From IMG/VR virus record IMGVR_UViG_3300042997_001281, positions 181,394-245,393 of that record: a stretch of 64,000 nt of DNA; one strand, given 5' to 3'. The notes beneath the pieces were generated by a model. That model worked only from the letters and a program-made list of their open reading frames with translations, did not search any database and was not told the origin of the DNA. A program made the position numbers and the translations under genes. This document shows, piece after piece, positions 56,979 through 64,000 of this stretch (position 1 is the first letter of the stretch; each line of letters starts with the position of its first letter). The stretch is from a virus. Taxonomy: Duplodnaviria; Heunggongvirae; Uroviricota; Caudoviricetes.

Positions 56979-57681
56979 CCTTACAATCGTTATCCCAACA
57001 TATAACGAAGCAAATTACATTGAGCGTACATTACATTCAATACATAACCAAACCGGTATACGGGGAACAAGAGTGATAATTGCGGACAATCATAGTAATG
57101 ATGGAACTCGAAAGGTAATTAAAAAACAATCATTCTTTTATCAGAAGAAACTAAAGATAGAATTGATTGATGGGGGTACCGTATCAGTTGGTCGAAACAA
57201 TGGGGCAAAATTGGTTGATACCAAATATATCTTATTCATTGACGGTGATGTAATTTTAGATGACTCCCATACCATTAAAAATACATTAAATGAAATGGAA
57301 GAGAGGGAATTACAACTATTAACCTGTAAATTAGAATCATATGGTAATGATTTTAGAACTTCACTTATGTTTAAAATGTTTAATATCGTGAATTACTTTG
57401 TTAGTAAGGTCACCCCCTTTGCAGTTGGAACCTATTTCATGGTTGATAGAAAGATGTTTAATCTTTTCGGTGGGTTTGATGAAACATTAAATCACTCTGA
57501 GGATTATGTATTGAGTAAGAAGTTTTACCCCGAAAACTTTAAAATTTCAAATCACTATATTGGTCAAGATGATAGGAGGTTTAAAAAGATGGGGTATTTT
57601 GGTATGATTAAGTTACTCATTAAGAGTTACAGAAACAGGGGCAATAACGATTTCTTTAAAAAAGATGTGGGTTATTGGTAA
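56944..57681 (+). CDS. Glycosyltransferase family 2
   Basis: LTIVIPTYNEANYIERTL…ADNHSNDGT and ILFIDGDVIL (DxD). Confidence 0.68.
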   Translation: MANSQNTSIKNNLTIVIPTYNEANYIERTLHSIHNQTGIRGTRVIIADNHSNDGTRKVIKKQSFFYQKKLKIELIDGGTVSVGRNNGAKLVDTKYILFIDGDVILDDSHTIKNTLNEMEERELQLLTCKLESYGNDFRTSLMFKMFNIVNYFVSKVTPFAVGTYFMVDRKMFNLFGGFDETLNHSEDYVLSKKFYPENFKISNHYIGQDDRRFKKMGYFGMIKLLIKSYRNRGNNDFFKKDVGYW

Positions 57682-57685
57682 ACAA

Positions 57686-57719
57686 TTTGGAATATTCGGA
57701 AAAATTTCTTATCCTTTAT
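57686..57719 (+). promoter_or_regulatory. Phage promoter with the conserved palindromic -33 element
   Basis: TTTGGAATATTCGGAA followed by TTATCCTTTATA, with the ATG at 57734. Confidence 0.5.
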
Positions 57720-57733
57720 AAAAATAAACCATC

Positions 57734-58033
57734 ATGGATAGTAACATTCAAGTACACGAACACCTACATTCATACATAAAGTTTTCGGATGTATCGATTA
57801 GTTTTGCGGATAGACTTTTTTTCGTAACCGTTAAACAACAAGGATTTAGTGGTAAGGATTATGTTAAAGATTATTTGGAGACGAATGGTTTTACCCACCA
57901 AAGTAATGGTATCTACGCGAGGTTTAAGAATCGTGCCGGTGAGTACATATCGCAACAGTCATTCGACAATGAAAACAACTATCGGATAAGAGAAGATATG
58001 GTGGAAAGAGTGTTGGATAGAATACCTAAGTAG
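57734..58033 (+). CDS. Hypothetical protein
   Basis: ORF of 99 aa. Confidence 0.45.
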   Translation: MDSNIQVHEHLHSYIKFSDVSISFADRLFFVTVKQQGFSGKDYVKDYLETNGFTHQSNGIYARFKNRAGEYISQQSFDNENNYRIREDMVERVLDRIPK

Positions 58034-58035
58034 AT

Positions 58036-58968
58036 ATGTCAAGATTAGATAAGTTAAAAGAACAACATCCGGAATTAAATGTTTCACTGATTGACATTAT
58101 TGCATCAGTTGAACCATCAGAGACCTACAAGTATATGGGGTTTCTTATCAAGATACTCAAAAACGAGTACTATAAGAAGGGAGATGTTCAGGCGTTACAT
58201 AGGAGTATAGTAATTAAACTATTCGAATATGAAAATTTGGCATTACTTATTGATTTTGAAAAACATTCTCGAGCAAACCGTTTGAGTAATCCCGACATTA
58301 GTCATTATAAAAATTTTAATGACATCAAGAAGGAAGTAAACCGAGCGGATGATGTTGTTAAACTAAAGGAACTTGAGAAACAGGTTAAGAAATTATATGA
58401 AACCGATTTTTGGTTGGTTATAATTCCATTATCATTTGAGGCATCAAAGATGTATGGTGCAAATACGAAGTGGTGTACAACCCAGGAGAGACATTGGGAC
58501 GATTACAAATCAAAATACAAATTGATTTACATCATCAATAAGAAGAGTAATGTAAAATATGCGGTATCATCTTCAACAACCGAAGATAAAGTACAGGGAT
58601 GGTTGGCCAACGACAAGGAAAGTAATCCAATGTTATGGTCAATACCAAATGAAGTTATGGGTGTGTTGATTGAGGAGGTTAAAAAAAGAGAGTCAGTTAT
58701 TGAATTGGCAAAAAACCATGGAATCGCGGTAACCATACAACAAAGTAAAAAACAAAATGCACCATTACCTCCACATTTTCGTGATGATATTGATATTGAT
58801 GATGTTAGAAGAATTGCCAATGAATTAAATCAAGAACAACAATATCAAGAACGAAATGAAGGACTTCAATGGCAGGAAAGAATTAGGGTTGAGGAAATAA
58901 TGAGAAGATTAGATGATGAAACAAACCGAGCATCGGAAATTTATGATAATGACTCGTTACCTTTTTAA
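58036..58968 (+). CDS. Hypothetical protein, family A paralogue 2
   Basis: WLVIIPLSFEASKMYGANTKWCTTQERHWDDY is paralogous to the gene at 42683. Confidence 0.55.
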   Translation: MSRLDKLKEQHPELNVSLIDIIASVEPSETYKYMGFLIKILKNEYYKKGDVQALHRSIVIKLFEYENLALLIDFEKHSRANRLSNPDISHYKNFNDIKKEVNRADDVVKLKELEKQVKKLYETDFWLVIIPLSFEASKMYGANTKWCTTQERHWDDYKSKYKLIYIINKKSNVKYAVSSSTTEDKVQGWLANDKESNPMLWSIPNEVMGVLIEEVKKRESVIELAKNHGIAVTIQQSKKQNAPLPPHFRDDIDIDDVRRIANELNQEQQYQERNEGLQWQERIRVEEIMRRLDDETNRASEIYDNDSLPF

Positions 58969-59091
58969 AATATTATGGATACAATAGATAGATTATTAGA
59001 AATCATTGAGTCGTTGAAGGACTTCGACACATGGAAAGAATTTAAAAATGACCCTGAATGGGTTGCTAACAAATTAAAAGAATAAAATATT

Positions 59092-59274
59092 ATGGAAACA
59101 GAATCTATATTGGGCACAATTTCACAGTACAGTAGTTACAGTGGATTAACGTTTGATGAAATCATATCGGGTAATTTAATAAAAACGTGGGGTAAAATAA
59201 ATGAAGAAGGAGAACTCGAAACAAAAACTGAGGTTGACTTACTTTCAGATAAACTAAACGAACTAAGAAAATAA
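59092..59274 (+). CDS. Small hypothetical protein
   Basis: ORF of 60 aa. Confidence 0.35.
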   Translation: METESILGTISQYSSYSGLTFDEIISGNLIKTWGKINEEGELETKTEVDLLSDKLNELRK

Positions 59275-59275
59275 T

Positions 59276-59458
59276 ATGTTAACAGTAACATTTTTAAACA
59301 TTATTGGTTGGGTATTTTTATTATCGATGTGGGTGTTGGTTGATAACATTAAAAACCGCAAGGTTCGATTTATTGTTAGAATGGTATTTGGTGGAATCGC
59401 GTTAGTTTCATTCATTGCGGCGTTATCAATACAGATTGGTGAACAGATTGGTCAATAA
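59276..59458 (+). CDS. Small membrane protein
   Basis: Two TM segments. Confidence 0.35.
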   Translation: MLTVTFLNIIGWVFLLSMWVLVDNIKNRKVRFIVRMVFGGIALVSFIAALSIQIGEQIGQ

Positions 59459-59464
59459 AACAAC

Positions 59465-59737
59465 ATGAGAATAAAACACACATTATTATTGATGGTTGTT
59501 ATAGTAACACTATCAAGTTTTAAGGATGTTCCAAAAGAAAAAACAAAGGTTAAACCAAAATCGTGCACTGGTCTGATTACATATGTTATGACATTTCAAT
59601 GGAATGATAGTGTGGTTGTTGGATTGATGTTGGAGGATAGGAAAGAAATTGTAATTAAAACAAAAATAAAGGGTTACACTCCGGTGGTGAATGAACTTTA
59701 TAAATTTGATTGTGAATTAATGCCTAAAGTAAAATGA
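59465..59737 (+). CDS. Small secreted protein
   Basis: N-terminal signal-like segment (MRIKHTLLLMVVIVTLSSF). Confidence 0.4.
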   Translation: MRIKHTLLLMVVIVTLSSFKDVPKEKTKVKPKSCTGLITYVMTFQWNDSVVVGLMLEDRKEIVIKTKIKGYTPVVNELYKFDCELMPKVK

Positions 59738-59848
59738 AAGATAAAATTTTAGCAACACTATTAGTGTTGGGTAGTATATCTTTGATGTGTTACTTAATGA
59801 TTGAATTTGTTTCATGGTTATTCCGTGGAATCTAAAAATAAAAAAAAT

Positions 59849-60184
59849 ATGGAAAAGAAATTAGGTAAAATCGAATTGGTACAATTTGGTCTTGGTGGTT
59901 ATCAAGATTCTCAACTTGGATTATCTATCACTCTTGGTGATGGTGGTTGGGCAGTTGGAGACTTCAAGGGTAATTGGGACGCTGAATCAATTAAGTGGAG
60001 TGAACACTGTAAGTGGACAGAAGAAGATAGGGATAAAGGATACTCAGAAACTATGAGGTTCCTTTCTAAACTTCTTAAAGACGCGAAGGTACGTAGTGTT
60101 GATAAACTAAAAGGTATTCCCGTTGAAGTAATATTTGATGGTAACGTATTAAAAGAGTGGAGAGTATTAACCGAAGTATTATGA
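59849..60184 (+). CDS. Hypothetical protein
   Basis: ATG at 59849. The listed ORF starts at an upstream TTG. Confidence 0.45.
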   Translation: MEKKLGKIELVQFGLGGYQDSQLGLSITLGDGGWAVGDFKGNWDAESIKWSEHCKWTEEDRDKGYSETMRFLSKLLKDAKVRSVDKLKGIPVEVIFDGNVLKEWRVLTEVL

Positions 60185-60390
60185 AAAATAAAAACAACAC
60201 TATAACTGTTGAGTTAAGCGACGAGCAACAAAATAAATTTAATGAGTGGAAATCACATATCAAGGCAATCTATGGTGAGTGCGGACTACTCACATGGAAA
60301 GTAACCCCTACGGGTATTGGTAGTGAAATTGTTGTGTACAGTCATAACACAAAAACAGAATTAGATTTAACAGACTTAGATAATTGGTAA
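60181..60390 (+). CDS. Small hypothetical protein
   Basis: ATGA overlap with the upstream gene. Confidence 0.4.
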   Translation: MKNKNNTITVELSDEQQNKFNEWKSHIKAIYGECGLLTWKVTPTGIGSEIVVYSHNTKTELDLTDLDNW

Positions 60391-60647
60391 TGAAAAAAAT
60401 ATTAGGATTATTATTGGCGGGTGTTCTATTAACAGGATGTTACAAGGACCCACAATCATCAACAACAGAGGGTAATGGATTCCAAGTTGAGTTTCTATTC
60501 GAGAAGGATGGTATAAAGATGTACCGATTCTTTGATGGGGGTAAACATCATTACTTCACAACAACCGGTGAAACAATTAACGCTCAACATTATGGTAAAA
60601 CCAAATATGATGAGAACATTAAAATGAATTCAACGGACAATTTTTAA
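60390..60647 (+). CDS. Small lipoprotein
   Basis: MKKILGLLLAGVLLTGCYKD contains an L-T-G-C lipobox. Confidence 0.5.
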   Translation: MKKILGLLLAGVLLTGCYKDPQSSTTEGNGFQVEFLFEKDGIKMYRFFDGGKHHYFTTTGETINAQHYGKTKYDENIKMNSTDNF

Positions 60648-60650
60648 ACT

Positions 60651-60920
60651 ATGAAACTAAAAATTCAATTAAGCGAAGGGTTTCACACATGGATTCTAAA
60701 GAAATCAATTGAGATTGACACGGATAACTATCCTGAACTTCAGGGTATGGAAGAAGAACAGGTGCTGGAATACCTAAAAGAGAATTCAGATAATATGAGT
60801 TTCAACGATGGTGAAAAAACATATGATGACTGGACACTACATGACGAGTTGGTAGACCAAGAACCTTTATTCAATAAGGAAAAGAATTACGCAACCGACA
60901 TTCATCTTGATGGAAAATAA
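60651..60920 (+). CDS. Small acidic hypothetical protein
   Basis: ORF of 89 aa. Confidence 0.4.
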   Translation: MKLKIQLSEGFHTWILKKSIEIDTDNYPELQGMEEEQVLEYLKENSDNMSFNDGEKTYDDWTLHDELVDQEPLFNKEKNYATDIHLDGK

Positions 60921-61017
60921 TATGATAATCGTTGAACACATATTGACATTTTTAATTGTCTACGGAATCGTGGGGGTTATACTCCTATGGTTCAAATCAA
61001 AAAACATTGAAGAATAA

Positions 61018-61049
61018 TTTGGAATATTCTAAATAACCTATTATATTTG
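61018..61049 (+). promoter_or_regulatory. Phage promoter with the conserved palindromic -33 element
   Basis: TTTGGAATATTCTAAA-N8-TATATTTG, with the ATG at 61054. Confidence 0.6.
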
Positions 61050-61053
61050 TGCC

Positions 61054-61683
61054 ATGAAAAAAGTTTACTTAACCGAAGATGATTATAATTTTATCCATAA
61101 AATGGGTAGGTTAAGGCAACAATACCCCAATGATTATTCTTTTAGTAAAGATAGTAGAGTTGGTGATATTGGTGAAAAAATTATTATTCAACTATTAATT
61201 GATTATGGTTGGACTATTATATCATGTTTTAGAACTAACTTACCGACTGGTGAATTAAAGAAATTTGACATTGTTGCCAGTAAGTATGGGAAAATAAGAA
61301 AATTTGAAGTAAAATTAGACTTGAAGGCATACCCCGGTAAATATGAAAGGGTATTAAAAATGCAACATTTTGAGAGGCAATTATCTGCCGATAAAGATAC
61401 AGGTAATGGGTTTATAGAAATTTCATGCGAAGATGAAAATGGTATACAACAAGATTCTGGAGTTATTGCTACGACCTCAGATTATTTTATCACTATATAC
61501 GTTTTTATTGGTGAAATTTGGATTAATACTCCAATAAGGATAATAAACCTTGCCAAAGAACATATTTGGTCCGTCGTTTCCGGTGGTAACCTTAAAAAAA
61601 CTCGTGGATGGCTCTTTAAACGGGAATATTTTGAAAAATTTTTTAAAATTAAAAAATTTGAATTAAAAATAAACGACGAGTAA
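61054..61683 (+). CDS. Hypothetical protein, possible PD-(D/E)xK-type fold
   Basis: FDIVAS…EVK spacing is suggestive only. Confidence 0.45.
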   Translation: MKKVYLTEDDYNFIHKMGRLRQQYPNDYSFSKDSRVGDIGEKIIIQLLIDYGWTIISCFRTNLPTGELKKFDIVASKYGKIRKFEVKLDLKAYPGKYERVLKMQHFERQLSADKDTGNGFIEISCEDENGIQQDSGVIATTSDYFITIYVFIGEIWINTPIRIINLAKEHIWSVVSGGNLKKTRGWLFKREYFEKFFKIKKFELKINDE

Positions 61684-61743
61684 CATTTTGATGAACAAAA
61701 AAATATTTTTTTGTTTTTAGAATATATTGATTATCTTTGTGCC

Positions 61744-62133
61744 ATGAAAAAATATACACACATACCTCAGATTATGATTGATTTGATTGAAAACAGTGAT
61801 GTCAGATTAAAATCTCCAATTGATATTGATGATATCTTTGAAGTTGGGAATAAAATATTATCCAAAGGTAAAGACGAATCCGAATTTACCGAATCTGAAC
61901 ATACTTGGTTTGGTTTATTAAACTCTTTAATGCTCTATTCATTAAATTATCAAATGAAGAACGATTCTAAGTCACTTGAAAGTATGTACCAACTTTTCAA
62001 AAGTGGTGCACATCACGAATTATCGGATAATGAAAGTGACAAAAACATATTTGAAAAGATGGTTATTGATAATTTAATTGAATCTGAGGAGTATGAGAAG
62101 GTGGTAGAATTAAAGAAGAATAAGAAAAAATAG
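61744..62133 (+). CDS. Hypothetical protein
   Basis: ATG at 61744 follows TATCTTTGTGCC, the same start context as the gene at 61054. Confidence 0.45.
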   Translation: MKKYTHIPQIMIDLIENSDVRLKSPIDIDDIFEVGNKILSKGKDESEFTESEHTWFGLLNSLMLYSLNYQMKNDSKSLESMYQLFKSGAHHELSDNESDKNIFEKMVIDNLIESEEYEKVVELKKNKKK

Positions 62134-62255
62134 TCAGGTGGCGGAATTGGTTAAACGCTGTGTATGCTCGATTAGACACCAGTACGAGGCAGTGAAAATC
62201 CTGCACGTAGGGCTTAGAAAACTGGTTATAGGTTCGATTCCTGTCCTGACTACGC
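62129..62255 (+). repeat. Direct repeat copy 1, at least 125 bp and identical to 63874-64000
   Basis: Exact identity over the whole tRNA-like element, with copies offset by 1745 bp. Confidence 0.9.
62132..62252 (+). ncRNA. tRNA-like element of atypical length (about 121 nt) with an acceptor stem, a T-arm and no encoded CCA
   Basis: AGTCAGG(62132-38)/CCTGACT(62245-51) form a 7-bp acceptor. ATAGG-TTCGATT-CCTGT is a T-arm (GGTTCGAnTCC). GCG-GAATTGGTTAAA-CGC is a D-arm-like segment. About 70 nt lie between the D-arm and the T-arm, which is too long for a canonical tRNA. Confidence 0.4.
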
Positions 62256-62436
62256 GATTCGGTTAATCACCGGATAGTATGTCCAATACGATGAGAAGTG
62301 AGGTGATTCCTCATATGGAACTGCTAATAGGACAAGGTTCTATTTAGATTGACTATCTAATTTAAATAAGTTTATTCCTAACCTAGCAATAGGGACAGCC
62401 TTAACACCTGTAGTTGGATAAAATAGGGTGTTATAT

Positions 62437-62515
62437 AGTCAGGTGGGCGTAATGCGGGATGGTGCCCAAGTCCAATAAAATGGTTGTTTATCCGGTTCGA
62501 GTCCGGCCCTGACTA
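62437..62515 (+). tRNA. Probable tRNA (79 nt, anticodon unresolved by eye, no encoded CCA)
   Basis: Same acceptor stem AGTCAGG/CCTGACT as element 1. The T-arm is CCGG-TTCGAGT-CCGG and a D-region GGCG…TGCC is present. Confidence 0.4.
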
Positions 62516-62704
62516 CAATTAACAAAGTACCATAGGTACAATTAACAAAAGCCAATAGGCTTAAGCATTTAAAGGCGTGTAATGTCCAGTCTTTTAATGA
62601 ATTAACTGGACAAAGTGCATGAAACGTTACTAAAAATTTATACAAACATTTAACAAGCACCAAAAAAACATTTAACAAATTATATAACTTAAACAACAAA
62701 CAAA

Positions 62705-63097
62705 ATGGAAAAAGAATTTATGCCATACCAAGAAGCATTAGCTTTAAAAGAATTAGGATTTGATGAACCTTGTTTTGGTAGATATTGTATTGTTACCGAA
62801 TGGGAAGAGCCAACTGGTGAAATACTAATACAAATGTTTGATTCTAATTTATTAGAAAAGAATCTTATTAAAGCCCCAATTTACCAACAAGTATTTAGAT
62901 GGTTTAGAGAAGAATATAGATTAACAGGATTAATTGAAGTTGGTACTCAAGAGTTTTCTTATCTAATTATTAATGATAAATGGAATAGACTATGTGGAAC
63001 TGAACCTTTAAAATTTAATGGTACTTATAAAGAAGCAGAGCTTGAGTGTATTAAAAAACTGATTGAGATTGTAAAACTTAAACAACAAACAAAATGA
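62705..63097 (+). CDS. Hypothetical protein
   Basis: ORF of 130 aa. The leader AACAACAAACAAAATG is shared with the two downstream genes. Confidence 0.45.
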   Translation: MEKEFMPYQEALALKELGFDEPCFGRYCIVTEWEEPTGEILIQMFDSNLLEKNLIKAPIYQQVFRWFREEYRLTGLIEVGTQEFSYLIINDKWNRLCGTEPLKFNGTYKEAELECIKKLIEIVKLKQQTK

Positions 63098-63312
63098 AAA
63101 AACAAACAGCAGTAAGATTTATTGAATTAAAATTATTAGGATTAGTATCTTTTGATTCAGAAGAATTAAGGAAAATGTATAAAGATATTCTTTTACAAGC
63201 CAAAGAAATGGAGAAGCAACAAATCATCAATTGCTATAATCAATCGTGGCATTTTAGAGATAAGCCATACGAAACAGCAGAAAAATACTACAACGAAACA
63301 TTTGGAAAATAA
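63094..63312 (+). CDS. Small hypothetical protein, paralogous to the gene at 63449
   Basis: Shared C-terminus …(E/Q)(K/Q)YYNETFGK. Confidence 0.4.
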   Translation: MKKQTAVRFIELKLLGLVSFDSEELRKMYKDILLQAKEMEKQQIINCYNQSWHFRDKPYETAEKYYNETFGK

Positions 63313-63448
63313 CTTAAATAACAAAAAAACTTATGGAACACGCTTATTATTGGGTAACTACATTTATACAACTAATCATAATGATTATTTTAGGTGGTAT
63401 TTATGAAGAATTAAAAAAGAAATAGAAAACATTTAAACAACAAATAAA

Positions 63449-63688
63449 ATGGAAAAACAAAAAAGCAGTATAGAATGGTTAATATCTGAATTGAAACGAA
63501 GAATTTTAATAATAGAATCTGAACCAGATGGAATTGTTAGAACAACAATGATAGATAATTTTTTAGTGGATGTTGACGAAGCCAAAGAAATGCACAAGCA
63601 GGAGATAATGAATGCTTACAAATTTGGCATTTCAGATGAATATGTAATTGGCTCTCAACAATACTACAACGAAACATTTGGAAAATAA
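63449..63688 (+). CDS. Small hypothetical protein, paralogous to the gene at 63094
   Basis: Shared C-terminus …QQYYNETFGK and a similar leader. Confidence 0.4.
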   Translation: MEKQKSSIEWLISELKRRILIIESEPDGIVRTTMIDNFLVDVDEAKEMHKQEIMNAYKFGISDEYVIGSQQYYNETFGK

Positions 63689-63711
63689 TTTCTAATTTTA
63701 GCCTTATGGTG

Positions 63712-63850
63712 GAAAAAATAGGCGCAAAGCAAGAAAAATAGGCGCAATGATGGAATAAAAATCTATATTTGAAAATGTTCACAAAACTTGAACAATGGAA
63801 TAAAATGAACGCCATATTGGTGGTATCAACGAAATGGTATAGGCGCAATA
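63712..63850. repeat. Iteron-like repeat cluster in a non-coding region
   Basis: GAAAAAATAGGCGCAA twice (63712, 63733) plus TATAGGCGCAATA (63838), and ATGGAATAAAA twice (63750, 63795). Confidence 0.6.
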
Positions 63851-63873
63851 ACTTCCATTTTTAATAGAACGCT

Positions 63874-64000
63874 AATAGTCAGGTGGCGGAATTGGTTAAA
63901 CGCTGTGTATGCTCGATTAGACACCAGTACGAGGCAGTGAAAATCCTGCACGTAGGGCTTAGAAAACTGGTTATAGGTTCGATTCCTGTCCTGACTACGC
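63874..64000 (+). repeat. Direct repeat copy 2, the second copy of the long tRNA-like element, truncated by the window end
   Basis: Identical to 62129-62255. Confidence 0.9.

Noticed and set aside
62132-62515. tRNA-like sequences as a phage attP (integration into a host tRNA)
   Set aside because: No integrase or recombinase gene is present in 64 kb. The elements contain full 5' acceptor halves rather than just a tRNA 3' end, and one is duplicated within the phage.
62439-62699. 86-aa minus-strand ORF in the supplied track
   Set aside because: It lies entirely over the tRNA-like element 2 and the AT-rich non-coding region. It has no start context and I judge it a chance ORF.

Overview
This window looks like a 64-kb stretch of a lytic dsDNA bacteriophage genome. 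It is AT-rich, genes are tightly packed and often overlap at ATGA start/stop junctions, and no integrase is visible. Several upstream regions carry a TTTG box followed about 19 to 21 nt later by TAnnTTTG, which is the Bacteroidetes sigma-A promoter architecture, so the host is probably a Flavobacteriia-like Bacteroidetes.

Layout:
- A receptor-binding module: a giant modular tail-fibre gene of about 8.3 kb, two LamG-lectin genes and a Gly-rich protein gene.
- A nine-gene minus-strand glycosylation operon with two GT2 and two GT4 glycosyltransferases, UDP-galactopyranose mutase (Glf), a sugar O-methyltransferase and a GT-A-like protein.
- A long plus-strand block of auxiliary, nucleotide-metabolism and candidate anti-defence genes, including:
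  - a beta-class DNA methyltransferase;
  - a type II (eukaryote-type) glutamine synthetase;
  - ThyA with a GIY-YIG homing endonuclease downstream;
  - a 2H phosphoesterase that may be Acb1-like;
  - a SET-domain methyltransferase;
  - an isolated DnaA domain IV protein;
  - methylglyoxal synthase;
  - a CCA-adding nucleotidyltransferase;
  - a class I aminotransferase;
  - a prolyl-4-hydroxylase-like oxygenase;
  - a pyruvoyl-type AdoMet decarboxylase-like protein.
- Two lysins, an M15 peptidase with a PG-binding domain and a membrane-anchored glucosaminidase.
- Two tRNA-like elements with no encoded CCA. One is abnormally long (121 nt) and sits inside a direct repeat of at least 125 bp that recurs exactly at the window end.

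The signals I rate highest are the Galf-capable glycosylation operon next to the fibre genes, the chlorovirus-like auxiliary gene set, the tRNA-like, repeat and CCA-enzyme module, and a palindromic element (GGAATATTCC) embedded in at least eight phage promoters.
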